A DNA stretch of 64,000 bases from Octopus vulgaris (Eukaryota), in assembly GCA_951406725.2 (NCBI GenBank), contig OX597839.1, forward strand, positions 39,308,001 through 39,372,000, read 5' to 3'. The notes beneath the pieces are model-generated. The model was not told the origin of the DNA, ran no database searches, and saw nothing but the letters and a program-made list of their open reading frames with translations. The position numbers and the translations under genes were made by a program. Position 1 is the first letter of the stretch; every line of letters begins with the position of its first letter. Positions 1 through 13,719 of the stretch are shown here, piece after piece.

Positions 1-284
1 AAGTTATTTTACTAAATTCTTCGTTATATTTGAAGTAATTGAAAGAAACACAGAGCATTTCAACAGAAATATGGTAACAAATGTCTCGTTTCCATAAGTT
101 TTGAATTAAAATCTTCTGCCAAACCTTAGTCACAATTTATGTTCTTAACATTAACTGAATGCTAACTAAGTTATTTCACGAAATTCTTTGTTATATTTAA
201 AATTAATTGAAAGAAACACAGAGCATCTCAACAGAGATATGGTAATGAAAGAGTTAAAATATATAATAGAGAAACAATTCTTAA

Positions 285-504
285 CCCTTTCATTACCAAC
301 CTGGCTGAAATCGGCCCTGGATCTGAGTACAAATGTCTTGTTTTCATAAGTTTTGAATTAAAATCTTCCACCAAACCTTAGTCACAATTTATGTTCTTAA
401 CACTAGCTGAATGATAACTATGTTATTTTACTAAATTCTTTGTTATGTTTAAAGTAATTGAAAGAAACACAGAGCATCTCAAAATAAATAGGGCAACGAA
501 AGGG
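285..504. mobile_element. piggyBac-like MITE, family 1 (partial copies also at 1-256)
   Basis: TTAA at 281-284 and 505-508 flank TIRs CCCTTTCATTACC...GGCAACGAAAGGG. CCC...GGG termini with a TTAA TSD are piggyBac hallmarks. Confidence 0.75.
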
Positions 505-747
505 TTAAAAATGATTAAAAAAAATAACTTACCATCCATCACAGGTCCACAGACATTGTCAAATGTCCCGTTACTCTTCTTCAATGTACATCGAGATACC
601 TTTTCACAACTGCAAGACAAGTGTATATAGGTATTGATACATGTGTATATATACATACATATATACATACATATAAAATAAGTTGTGAAAATATTCATGA
701 AGTTCTTGAAGTGGCCAACCCACAAAAATAATAAAGGTGTATCCGCT

Positions 748-1150
748 GGAGTGGCTGTGTGGTAAGTAGCTTGCTAACCAACCACATGGTTCAGGGTTCA
801 ATCCCACTGCGTGACATCTTGGGCAAGTGTCTTCTGCTATAGCCCCGGGCCGACCAATGCCTTGTGAGTGGATTTGGTAGACGGAAACTGAAAGAAGCCT
901 GTCGTATATATGTGTATATATATATATATATATATGTGTATGTTTGTGTGTCTGTGTTTGTCCCCCTAGCATTGCTTGACAACCGATGCTGGTGTGTTAA
1001 TGTCCCCGTTACTTAGCGGTTCGGCAAAATTGACCGATAGAATAAGTACTGGGCTTACAAAGAATAAGTCCTGGGGTCGATTTGCTCGACTAAAGGTGGT
1101 GCTCCAGCATGACCGCAGTCAAAATGACTGAAACAAGTAAAAGAGTAAAG
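748..1150 (+). mobile_element. tRNA-derived SINE family A (CORE-like block), near full length
   Basis: tRNA-like head (TGGCTGTGTGGT...GGTTCAATCCC), CTTGGGCAAGTG block, internal (TA/TG)n and AGTAAAAG-repeat tail. Around 20 copies or fragments in the window. Confidence 0.85.
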
Positions 1151-1349
1151 AGAGAGAGAGCTTGAATGGAAACAAAAGATATAGAATGTTTTGCATATGA
1201 ACCACATGGTTCTGGTAGCAAAAAGTTACAAAAGTTAACCAAGGATCAAAAATGGTTTCATGCAAGGTGCTTATCAAACTAGAATAAAATGCAAGCGATT
1301 CCTCATTAGATGGAGGGAATGATAGGATTTTCTCTGGAATGTTCATTTA

Positions 1350-1716
1350 TTACTCTTTTACTTGTTTCAGTCATTTGACTGTGGCCATGCTGGAGAACCA
1401 CTTTTAGTCAAGCAAATCGCTCCCAGGACTTATTCTTTGTAAGCCTAGTACTTATTTTATCGGTCTCTTTTACGGGAATGTAAACACACCAGCATTGGTT
1501 ATCAAGCGATGTTGGGGGGACAAACCCAACACACACATATTTATACATATATACGACGGGCTTCTTTCAGTTTCCATCAACCAAATCCACTCACAAGGCT
1601 TTGGTCGGCCCAAGGCTATAGTAGAAGACACTTGCCCAAGGTGCCGCACAGTGGGACTGAACCCGGAATGATGTGATTCATAAGCAAGCTACTTACCACA
1701 CAGCCACTCCTACACC

Positions 1717-1718
<2 letters not shown>
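1350..1718 (-). mobile_element. SINE family A
   Basis: Reverse complement of 748-1150. Confidence 0.85.
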
Positions 1719-1747
<29 letters not shown>

Positions 1748-2856
1748 CATCATCATTTAATGTCTGCTTTCCATGCTGACATAGATTAAACAACTTGATT
1801 GGAACTGGTATATATATATATCTGTGTGTGTGTGTATGAATAACTAAGAGACAAAAGAAATGATTGATTAGTTGACAGTAAGGAGTGAAATTGAACCAAT
1901 GCATTTGTGTATTTATTATTATTGGTGTTATGACCCTCCCAAGATGTGAGATTTCTTTTAACACACCAACTCCCATTAGGAATTTTACAAACCAAATACA
2001 AAACTGAAATAGAAAATATATACATGTGTGTCTGTGTGTGTGTGTGTGCATGTATATATACATGCACACACATGTTATATATATACAATTTCAGTTTGAT
2101 GCCAATGGTGATGATGATACAGAATAAGTTGACTTTGGCAAGGTTTGAACACAAACCTGCAGGACACAGAGATTGATTTATATATGCATACAAAAACACA
2201 TGCACACAATATATATATATATATATACACAACTAGATATTTTCTATAAACTGGTGCCAAAGGTGATGGTGGTAGCGACACCGTTTTACAAAAAGGGGTG
2301 AAAGGTCAGGTTGACTTTGGCAGGATTTGAAACCCAGAACTGTAGGACACAAAGGTAAATTAGAAAGAAAACAAACGAGATAAGATAAAATAAAATGCAA
2401 CCCACATCAAAACAAATAGAGAAAACAGTTTGAAATTTTGTCAATTCAGTGCCAAATATTGGTTTACAATTCCATCCTGTCCCATATTGCAAGTTCTGTG
2501 TGTGTGTGTGTGTGTGTGTGCCAGTGTATATGCATGTGTGTGAGTGTGTGCTAGTGTATATGCATGTGTGTGTGTGTGTGTGTGTGTGTGCATATATACA
2601 CACACACATATGTATATCTTTTGTCTTTCACAGGCTCGAATTATTAGACTGTGACCATTCTGGGGCTCTGCTTTGAAGGGTTTTAGTGAAATGAATCAAC
2701 CCAGTTCTTAGATATTAAAACCTGGAACTTATTCTATTGGTCTCCTTTGCCAAACTGCTAAGTTATGGGAATATAAACAAACCAACACTGATCATGAAGC
2801 AGTGTTGGGAGACAAACACCAAGACACACCCATACAGTTATATAAACACACACACA

Positions 2857-3303
2857 TGTGGAAGGAACTCGTGGAAGAGGTAGACCCAGGAAGACATGGA
2901 ATAAAGTGATGAAAGCTGATCTCAAAACATTGAGCCTTATGGCAGAGATGACAAAGAACTGAGATACTACCTGGCACCTAGCTGTACTCATGATGATCCA
3001 CCCACCACAACAGAACTGATATCCTAAGCCACTTTGGTTAATGCCACCCGCCACCACCTGAAGAAATTTTTGTCTTGCAAGTTACTTGGCAACTCTGTTG
3101 GTGCTGGTGCAACATAAAAAGCACCTGTACCAGTGCTCCGTAAAAAGCACCTCCCTGGTGCCACATCGAAAGAAATTGTGCCAGTGCCACTTAAGATGCA
3201 CCCAGTACACTCTGTAAAGTGGTTGGCATTAGGAATGGCATCTAGTTGTACCTAAACTGTCCAACCCATCGCAACATGGGAAACAGATGTTAAATGATGA
3301 CGA
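2857..3303 (+). mobile_element. RTE-clade LINE 3' end (decayed RT C-terminus, 3' UTR and (GAT)n tail)
   Basis: Reads VEGTRGRGRPRKTWNKVMKADLKTLSL, the G-x-R-x-R-G-R-P-x-x-x-W motif of RTE ORF ends. Confidence 0.75.
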
Positions 3304-5019
3304 TGATGGTGATATATATATATATATATATATACAATTAAGCACATAAATGTAAAACAAAGTGGGGAAAAAATATTACTCGAATGCCAGAGGTAGAGTA
3401 ATATGCTTTAATAGTAATATGCTTTAATACATATATATATATATGTATATATATATGTATTTATATACACACACATGGCAGGTTTCTTTCAATTTCCATC
3501 AAACAGACTCATGTAGAAGGCTTTGCTCAGCTTAAGAACACTGTACAAGATATGAGCCTAAAGTGCCAAGCAGTGGGACTGAACCCAGAACCATGTGGTC
3601 GAGAAGCAAACTTCTTACCATACACACAAGCATAATATACATATGTTGTGATTAAAAACATCAACAAAAATCTCTTCCTTTTCTTCAGGGTCATAAACCA
3701 TCATCATCATCACCACCACCATAACTGCCATCATCATCATCATCATCATCATCATCATAAATATCGCCATCACCAGCATCATCATCACTATCATCTACAG
3801 TGTTTATTTAGTAAAATGCAGTAAAAGTATAAGAGGTTAGTGGGGGAGGGGGAAACAGGGGATAGGGACAGGGGGACACATTGCCTTCAGGGCGAAAACG
3901 AAACAAAGAATAAGATGAATAACAATCAAATAAACCGAAAAAAAAATTCAAGTGCCCGGGGGGGGGGGGGGTGGTCAGGTGGAAGGGAACAGAAAGGCGG
4001 GGGGGAGGCAAGTTGGATGGACATAGAGGGAGCCAGTGGTAGTGGTGGAGACGATGATGATGGTGGCGATAATGGTGGTGGTGATGGTGTTGATGGTGGT
4101 GGTGGTGGTGGTATTGACGATGGTGGCAGGGGTGTTAGCGATGGTGCGCGTAAATGTTATTCAAACTGAGAAAGGTAAATGTTGGGAAGAGGTAGGAAAG
4201 GTTTGTGGTGGGGAGGGGGGGTGAGGTGGAGGGGGGAGAGTTATGTGAGGGGAGGAGGGGAATATGGGGAACAACTCCTCCCCCCACCTCCAACAGCAAC
4301 TCCCAGTAAGATTTATTCTAATCAAATAAAATCGATAAAAAAGGGTATTTTGTTCCCCTTTTTTTTGGTTGTATACTTTTATTTGTGCTTTGTGTATGTG
4401 TAAGTGTGTGTGTGTATGTATGGGAGTGTGTATGAATGTGTATGTGTTTTCTGAATATTTCTATGTTTAAAATATGGAAAAGGTTTCCAGATGGTTGTGT
4501 GGTGGGGGGTGATGGTGGGGCTGAAAGGAGGGAGAGGTTGCAGGCACATGTCTATTTGGTCTTGATTTTCAGTGTTTCATTCAGGCTTTCCATTCCATCT
4601 GCATTTTTATCATCATCATCATCATCATCTTCAAGACCACCACCAACATCATCACCATCACCATCACCAGCATTATCACCATCACCAACATCATTACCAT
4701 CACCAACATCGTTACCATCACCTCCACTGCCACCACCACCACCATCATTTTCTGTCTCCTTTCCATACAGGCATGCATTGGGATAGGTTGATAGGATCTA
4801 ATGAGCCGAAGGGCAGCACTCAGTTTTGGGCAGTTTCCGTGGCTGGATGCTCTTCCTAACAGGAGAAACAACAGAACCAAGGAAGACGTACAACAAGAAT
4901 ATACTTACTTTTTTAATGGTTTACATGCTTGTAATCTGTCCTTTACATCTGAATACATATTTTTAGCAAGACAATTTTCACACACACCTGCAAAATAAGA
5001 GAAAGACACATCATTATGA

Positions 5020-5715
5020 TCAGCCATCAGAGTGACAAAGTACAAATATACAAAGCCCAGTATACCCATCATGACTACCCATCTGATAAGGGTACACCAG
5101 GCACATGCATCACAACCATAGGTGTACAACATGGTGATTTCATATCAAGATAAGCAGCGCATGAACTTGCAGGTAGGGCCCAGTTAGAATTTTCTTCAAG
5201 TTGAATAGCCCATCACACACAAAATGTCCCTATTGTTATGATCATTATTATTATTATTATTATTATTGAGTGGGAGAGCAGTGCCTGCTATCAAAGTGAT
5301 ACTGGGATACAAATATATGAAGCCCAATATACTTGCATGGCTGCTTGTCTGATAAGGGTACACCAGGCACATGCACGATATGGTGATCTCACATCAAGAT
5401 AAACAGTGCATAGCCTTGCAAGTAGGGCCCAGTTAGAATCTTCTTCAGATCAAGTAGCCCATCCTGCTCAAAAGGTCCCTGAATAAGGATCAAAGATGAC
5501 GAAAGAAACACTCATATTTCCAGGGATTAATTATTCAAACCCCAAAGAATTCATCTCAACACATAGCTACAATGCTCCGCCACTACTTCCGCTCATCATC
5601 AGAGATGCATATATCGTCGGCCAATAAGGGACATGCTCAACTGGTTAAGGTCAAACAACTGACAAACAAACTTGTGGGTTTTCAGCAGAATATTTGCTGC
5701 AGCCCATTTAGGGGT
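5020..5715 (-). repeat. Interspersed SINE-like repeat with a duplicated ~200-bp portion
   Basis: 5020-5230 and 5270-5480 align (gataagggtacaccaggcacatgca...gcccagttagaat). Family not identified. Confidence 0.5.
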
Positions 5716-5856
5716 TAATTTAATAATCAGGCAACATTGATTTGATAGAGCGAGTGAGCTTATGTGCAGCACGTACATTTGATCTCTATAAACAAACCAT
5801 TTGCGCAGGTTGTTCGACAAAAGCTGAACGCTCATATGTTGTCCTTGGTAGGAAAG

Positions 5857-6160
5857 TTTATTATTATTATTATCATTATTATTATTACTATTATTATTAT
5901 TACTATTATTATTATCATTATTATTATTATTATCACTATTATTATTGTTATTATTATTATCATTATTATTATTATTATTATTACTATTATTATTATTATT
6001 ATTATCATTATTATTATCACTATTATTATTGTTATTATTATTATCATTATTATTATTATTATTATTACTATTATTATTATTATTATCATTATTATTATCA
6101 CTATTATTATTGTTATTATTATTATTATCATTATTATTATTACTATTATTATTATTACTA

Positions 6161-6191
<31 letters not shown>

Positions 6192-6447
6192 TATTATTAT
6201 CATTATTATTATTATTATCACTATTATTATTGTTATTATTATTATCATTATTATTATTATTATTATTACTATTATTATTATTATTATCATTATTATTATC
6301 ACTATTATTATTGTTATTATTATTATCATTATTATTATTATTATTATTATTACTATTATTATTATTATCATTATTATTATCACTATTATTATTGTTATTA
6401 TTATTATTATTATTACTATTATTATCATTATTATTATTATTATTATT
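5857..6447. repeat. (ATT)n microsatellite with higher-order periodicity
   Basis: ATT tract with ATC/ACT/GTT interruptions recurring in the same order. Confidence 0.95.
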
Positions 6448-7920
6448 ACACAATAAGAAGAGTGTGATGCAATATGTAATAAAATAAAGATTGATTTTGT
6501 TTACTGAATTGAAAAATATTTCAACAGCATGTCTGTCTGCCTGCAGGTTCAAAATGGAAAACGAGAAATTCACAGAAATTTAGAATTTCAACTAGATTAT
6601 TGTTCCTAGACAAGAAGACGTCATCCAGTTTTGCTTGTTCGTAAAACGAGTTAAAACAAGGCAAAAGAAAACAAGAAAAGTAAAAAGAACACTGGGGAAA
6701 AAGGAAAAAAAAATTAATGGGCACAGGCGTGGCCAAGTGGAAAGAAGCTTGCTTTCCAAACCGTATGGTCGCAGGTTCAGTCCCACTGCATGGCAACTTG
6801 GGCAAATGTCTTCTACTATAGCCTCAGGCTGACCAAAGCCTTCTGAGTGGATTTGGTAGATGGGAACTGAAAGGAGCCCATCGTATATATATGTGTGTGT
6901 GTGTGTATTATATGCATATATGTATATATTATATGTATATATTTATTTCTTTATTGCCCACAAGGGGACAAACAAGGACAAACAAAGGGATTAAGTCGAT
7001 TACATCGACTCCAGTGCATAACTGGTACTTATTTAATTAACCCTGAAGAGATGAAAGGCAAAGTCGACCTCGGCAGAATTTGAACTCGGAACATAGCCGC
7101 AGACGAAATACTGCTAAGCATTTTGCCCGGCGTGCTAACGATTCTGCCAGCTCGCTGCACGTGAGTGGCTGTGTGGGAAGAAGCTTGCTTCCCAACCATA
7201 TCGATCCAGGTTCAATTCCACTGTGTGGCACCTTGGGCAAGGGTCTTCTACCATAGCCTTGGATTGACCAAAGCCTTGTGAGTAGATTTGGTAGACGGAA
7301 ACTGAAAGAAGCTTATCATATATGTGTGCTATGCACTCAGAAGGCTCTGCTACAAGTCAGGCACTGGTGTTCTGCTGGGAACAAAGGAAAGGAGTTTTCT
7401 CTGGACATGCGTAGTTCATGTTTTCCTCGTGTCCCTGAAATCTTGTTCTGTTTATAGTAGGTAGCATCGTTGTGTTGGTGTAGCTTTGCCAGACAAGGTG
7501 GTCTAGCTTGAGGCAGATTCTCTATGCTTGGATGCTCTTTCAATTGCTGACCATCACCTGTTTCCAAGCAAGCTAATATTTCCCAATGACCAAACATGTT
7601 CATGCAGAATATTAGAAACAAATGACACCGCTTGTACAACAGTGACACCCATTTACTGCTACCACAAAATGTCAAGACAACGAGAATACACACCTCTGCA
7701 CACTAATGACACACACATGTATAGACACACACCGGAGTAAAATCAATGCTTTGATTTGCGTCTCTTATGAAAAGAAAAGAACAGCACCAACAGAACAGAA
7801 ATAAGTAATCAAGTGAATAAGGATGCACTAAAGAAGCTGGCGAAGGCACTGCTCCAGCATGGGCACAGTGCAAATGACTGAAACAAGTAAAAGAATCATT
7901 TCAAAACTCTATCTCTCTGC

Positions 7921-7956
<36 letters not shown>

Positions 7957-7989
7957 GTACACACACACATTACGTGTGTCTGTGTGTGT

Positions 7990-8040
<51 letters not shown>

Positions 8041-8799
8041 CAGGTATATACACACATATACAATGTGTGTATGTGTGTGTGTATACATATACAGACACAC
8101 ACACACATTGTTGTTATCAGTATGCTCACAGCTGAATGTCTGATACAAGAAAAAGACATACAGTCACAAAATCACTGATAAACCCACAATTTTATACTCA
8201 TATACATATATGTATGTATATATACACACACATATATATACACATGTATATATACATATATACATATATACACATATACATATATACACACATATATACA
8301 TATACATAAATATATACTTATATATACATATATATAGAATATACATACATACATATATATACACCCACCCACACACATACGAAAGAGGGAGACCTACAGA
8401 CAGACAGTGAGGAGGGAGAGAGACACAGGGAAGGCGGAAGTAGTGAAGTGGTGAGCAATGTGCCAAAACAATCAAGTAAGTCTTTTATTAACAAGTTACC
8501 TGGAATGTCTTGAGATGGCTGCAGGGAAGGGAACCACGATGGAGTGGAGGGGGCGGGGGATTCTGGGAGGAGGTGATGAGGTGATGTTTGGTCAGCTGAT
8601 GTTTATTTACACTGATAGACATGCTACATATATACACACACATGTATATATACATGTATATACATACACACATATATATATATATATATATATACGTGTA
8701 TATGCATGAATATATATACATACACAATATACACTCATATTCATATACATACATACATATACATACATCTATGTATGTATGTATGTATGTATGTATGTA

Positions 8800-8837
<38 letters not shown>

Positions 8838-8928
8838 CACATGTATATATGCATGAATATATATACATACACAATATACACTCATATTCATATAGGCATA
8901 CATCTATGTATGTATGTATGTATGTATG

Positions 8929-8967
<39 letters not shown>

Positions 8968-9489
8968 TCAGATTCATATATACATGTGCACATAGACGTG
9001 GGTGTATGTATGTATATATTATATATATATGGAAAAGAGATAGAGATAAGCATATACATCTATAGAGACATACACAGACAAATATATACATACATTGTAT
9101 AACACAGACACATATACACACATATATACACACAACTGTAACAAAAGAGTGAATTCAGTTTAAATCAGCCTCAAGATATTGTTGCTGCTACAACTAACAC
9201 TAACACTGCCTCTACTACCACCCCAACTACCACCACCACCACCACCACCACCCCAGTAGCATATGATTACCCTAGTAGCAGCATCACCACCACTGCTGCT
9301 ACTGCTACTACTACTGCTACTACTACTACTACTGCTGCTGCTACTACTACTACTACTACTACTACCACTGCTGCTGGTGCTGCTACCACCACCACCACCA
9401 CCACCACCACCACAACCACCACCACCACTACTACTACTGCTGCTGCTGCTGCAGCCTATACCACTACTACCATGTTTGGATAAAAGACA

Positions 9490-10120
9490 GGATGTCATAG
9501 CTGGAGTGACTCTGATCGTAAGTATGATGGATTGGGAGCAACCCAGGGCTAAACAGCAATAAGGAAGGGTACATTAGATAATGTAGTCCAAGATACATTA
9601 GGCCTGAATAGAAAATGGGATGGTCACCATTGGAACATCTTCAATCAAAGATGCAATGGATCAGGACCGACCTGGTGGTTAAGCAACAAGGAAGGACACA
9701 TTAGATAATGTAGTCCTAGATACACTATGCCTGAATAAAAGACGGGATGGTCACAGCTGGAACATCTTCGATCATCAGTCTGCTGGATCAAGACTGACCT
9801 GGGGCTAAACAATAACAAGGAAGGAGACATTAGATGATGTAGTCCAAGATACACTATGCCTGAATAAAAGACGGGATGGTCACAGTTGGAACATCTTTGA
9901 TCATCAGTCTGCTGGATCAAGACTGACCTGGGGCTAAACAATAACAAGGAAGGAGACATTAGATTATGTAGTCCAAGACACACTATGCCTCAACACGAGA
10001 AGATGTTCATACCTTGAGCATCTTTGATCGTAAGTGTGATGGATCAGGACCGACCTGGGGTTAAATAACAAGGAAGAGCACATCAGATAATGTAGTCCCA
10101 GATACACTATACCTGATGAT
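9490..10120. repeat. Tandem array of about five 124-129-bp units derived from an old interspersed repeat
   Basis: The gcctgaata anchor (degenerate in the last two units) recurs at 9602, 9729, 9858, 9987 and 10111. Related single copies in reverse orientation near 19000-19190, 52390-52570 and 60650-60865. Confidence 0.85.
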
Positions 10121-10618
10121 GGGATCATCACAAGTGATTATCAGCACTACCATCTCACTACACAATGCCAACTACCACTAGCGCTACTACCACCGACACA
10201 ATTACCACCACCACCACTACAGTATAATCACTATTGCCAATACTATTATCACCACTACTGGCAGACCACCATTACTACCACCACACTATGCTACGACCTC
10301 TACCACAGCGTAACTAGTACCATAGTACTGCTATGGTACAACTACTACCACAACTGTACACAGCTAAGGGACACGGTGGGGGGGGGTACAGGTAGTTTTA
10401 CATGTTTGGAAAAGAGGGGAAGGGGACAAGGATGGTGGTGGTGATGGTAGTAGTGGGGGCGGTGATGGCAGTAGTGGTGGTGGTGGTGATTGTGGTAGTT
10501 GTAGTGATGGTGTTGCAGTTGCTGCTGCTGCTGACAGGTGATGATGATGATGATGATGGTGATGATGATGGTGGTGATGATGATGATGGTGATGATGATG
10601 GTGATGGAGATGGTGATG

Positions 10619-10650
<32 letters not shown>

Positions 10651-11364
10651 GGTGGTGGTGACGATGATGGTGATGATGATGATAATGATGATGATGGTGA
10701 TGATGGTGATGATGATGATGATGGTGATGATGGTGATGATGATGGTGATGATGATGGTGGTGATGATGATAATGATGGTGATGATGATGATGACGGTGAT
10801 GACGATGATGGTGATGATGATGGTGATGATGATGGTGATGATGATGGTGGTGATGATGATGATGATGATAATGATGATGTTGGTGATAATGATGATGATG
10901 ATGGTGATGATAAATCCAAGGTGAAACATGGTGAGACGATGTAAAACAGTTTGGCTTTATTTGCCAAACAAATATATTGGAATTGTTTGGGGTTTTATTA
11001 AACTGACTGTTTGCGTGGTATGGCTGTTGTGGTTGTTGTTGTTGTTGGTGGTGGTGGTAGTGTTAGTGGTACTGGTGATAGTGACGGTGGTAGTGGTGGT
11101 GATAGTAGTGTAGGCTACCACTGTGGTGTATCTGACTGTCATTGATGTGGTTGTTATTGTAGTAGTGGAGTCTATGGATGATGTAGGGGTTCCTAGACAT
11201 AGGAATAATAATATTTTCTACTATAGGTACAAGGCCTGAAATTTGAGGGAGGGGTACAGAAAATTACATCGACCCCTGTACTCAACTGGTACTTACTTAT
11301 ATTATTGACCCCAAAAGGATGAAAGGCAAAGTTGATCTCGGCAGAATTAATAATAATAATAATA

Positions 11365-11980
11365 AGGCGGCGAGCTGGTAGAAATGTTAGTACGCCGGGC
11401 GAAATGCTTAGCGGTATTTCGTCTGCGTTACGTTGTGAGTTCAAATTCCGCCGAGGTCGACTTTGCCTTTCATCCTTTCGGGGTCGATAAATTAAGTACC
11501 AGTTACGCACTGGGGTCGATGTAATCGACTTAATACCTATGTCTGTCCTTGTTTGTCCGCTCTGTGTTTAGCCCCTTGTGCGTAATAAAGAAATAGGTAT
11601 TTCATGTCTTTACGTTCTGAGTTCAAATTCCGCTGAGGTCGACTTTGCCTTTCATCCTTTCGGGGTCGATAAATTAAGTACCAGTTATGCACTGGGGTCG
11701 ATGTAATCGACTTAATACCTATGTCTGTCCTTGTTTGTCCGCTCTGTGTTTAGCCCCTCGTGGGTAATAAAGAAATAGGTATTTCATCTGCCGTTAGGTT
11801 CTGAGTTCAAATTCCGCTGAGGTCGACTTTGCCTTTCATCCTCTCGGGGTCGATAAATTAAGTACCATTTACACACTGGGGTCGATGTAATCGACTTAAT
11901 ACCTATATCTGTCCTTGTTTGTCCGCTCTGTGTTTAGCCCCTCGCGGGTAATAAAGAAATAGGTATTTCGTCTGCCGTTA
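11365..11980 (+). mobile_element. SINE family B (Meta-domain-like) head followed by tandem ~182-bp head-truncated units
   Basis: tRNA-like head ggcggcgagctggtagaa...gttcaaattcc and GCCTTTCATCCTTTCGGGGTCGATAAATTAAGTACC core. Three bodies plus the start of a fourth. Confidence 0.85.
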
Positions 11981-12505
11981 CATATTAAGAAAAAAATCAC
12001 CCACTACACTCGCGGAGTGGTTGGCGTTAGGAAGGGCATCCAGCTGTAGAAACTCTGCCAGATCAGACTGGAGCCTGGTGCAGCCCCTGGCTTCCCAAAC
12101 CCCCGGTCGAACCGTCCAACCCGTGCTAGCGCGGAAAACGGACATCTAAACGATGATGATGATGAAAGAGTATAGTGTGGGGAATCAGCAGGGACTCATG
12201 TAGTTATATTAAGGATATTGAATAAGGGGTCACCAGGACTCTCATGGTCATTTAAGAATATAGTAAGGGGAGTCACTGGGACTCCCCTGATTATATTATA
12301 TTAATATAACCAGGGTATATTATATTAATTAATATAATCACTATAGTGTAGGGTAGGTGTGAAAGGCCAGATCTGGCCAGTTTAAACATAAAACAGGTAG
12401 AACATTCAGGCCAGATATGGCTTGTTTAATTGCTAAAGGGTTAAAAAAAAATGTTAATTATACCTTTATTCAGGGATTTGCTTCAATTATGTATAATTTT
12501 TATAT

Positions 12506-12904
12506 ACTCTCTTTTACTCTTTTACTTGTTTCAGTCATTTGACTGCGGCCATGCTGGAGCACCGCCTTTAGTCGAGCAAATCGACCCCGGGACTTATTCT
12601 TTTGTAAGCCCAGTACTTATTCTATCGGTCTCTTTTGCCGAACCGCTAAGTGACGGGGACGTAAACACACCAGCATCGGTTGTCAAGCGATGTTGGGGGG
12701 ACAAACACAGACACACAAACATATATATATACATATATACGACAGGCTTCTTTCAGTTTCCGTCTACCAAATCCACTCACAAGGCATTGGTCGGCCCGAG
12801 GCTATAGCAGAAGACACTTGCCCAAGATGCCACGCAGTGGGACTGAACCCGGAACCATGTGGTTGGTTAGCAAGCTACTTACCACACAGCCACTCCTGCG
12901 CCTA
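12506..12904 (-). mobile_element. SINE family A, little diverged
   Basis: Full-length match to the other family A copies with CpGs retained. Confidence 0.85.
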
Positions 12905-13148
12905 TATACACTGTGTATATAAATTATACATTTGTGTATAAATCATATACTCTTTGTAGTGACTATAGTCACTACACAGAGTATATTAAGAATGTAACAT
13001 GGAGAGTCACAGGTAGACAAAAATGCTAAAAGAACATGTAGGACGATGTAAACCCAGAAAAACTACATTTGAAAAATCAAAACAACAAAAAACACCAGAT
13101 AATCCACACACAACAGTTGTCTATTTACAAATGTAAGGGTCAACTTAC

Positions 13149-13309
13149 CATAGGGTCCTTGCCCATAACCTTTATCACATTCTCTGTTGGGCACGCAGGC
13201 CCTCTGGTCCTCATTTTCAAAGTGGTATCCTTCAAAGCACATACAATCGGCGTCTCGAACGGTACTCCCATGGTGCTGATATTTCATGAAACGTTGTGTA
13301 CATACCTTC
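13149..13309 (-). CDS. Internal coding exon of the same TNF receptor superfamily gene (CD40/RANK/OPG-like cysteine spacing)
   Basis: Acceptor ctggtctttttgttcttgcag and donor TATG|gtaagt. 161 nt, phase 2 in and phase 1 out, reading (R)KVCTQRFMKYQHHGSTVRDADCMCFEGYHFENEDQRACVPNRECDKGYGQGPY(G). Contains TNFR-type D-x-x-C-x-C-x-x-G-Y and C-x5-C-x-x-G-Y-G patterns. Lies within ORF 13063..13380. Confidence 0.9.
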
Positions 13310-13496
13310 CTGCAAGAACAAAAAGACCAGGTTGTTAGTGATATCAGATATATATATATATAGATATTACATAAATACATTTAAATACATACAGATCCTC
13401 TTGAAAGATCTTTTTCTTGCAAGTTATTTGGTGACCCTGCTAGTGCTGGTGCCACATAAAGAACATCCAGTCAAGGGCATCCAAATGGACTATTAA

Positions 13497-13719
13497 CCCT
13501 TTAGTGTTCGCATTATTCTGCTAAAATTAATGCTTCTTCATCCACATTGTTTTGAACTAATCATTCAATTAATCTTGTAGCTTTGAGATTTTGATGAGGT
13601 AGCTGTTAATTTTTAAAACGATATTGTGGGGTTGGGGTGAGAGACCAGATCTGGCCAGTTTGACCATAAAACAGGCAGAATACTTTTGGCCGGATATGGC
13701 CAGTTTGAATGCTAAAGGG
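13497..13719. mobile_element. piggyBac-like MITE, family 2
   Basis: TTAA|CCCTTTAG...CTAAAGGG|TTAA. Related copies at 23799-24019, ~35737-35951, and fragments near 12350-12440 and 31040-31285. Confidence 0.75.

Noticed and set aside
604-982. Recurring ORFs such as DTCPRCHAVGLNPEPCGW seen at many loci
   Set aside because: Antisense translation of SINE family A, not a gene family.
5599-6573. 324-aa poly-Asn ORF and overlapping poly-Tyr/Ile/Leu ORFs
   Set aside because: Translation of an (ATT)n microsatellite, open in five frames, with no coding signal.
7337-7693. 118-aa ORF as a possible next TNFR exon
   Set aside because: No TNFR Cys pattern in the frames read, and it partly overlaps a decayed RTE UTR-like repeat.
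10345-10967. Poly-Asp/Gly, poly-Ser/Pro and poly-Met ORFs
   Set aside because: (GAT/GGT)n microsatellite.
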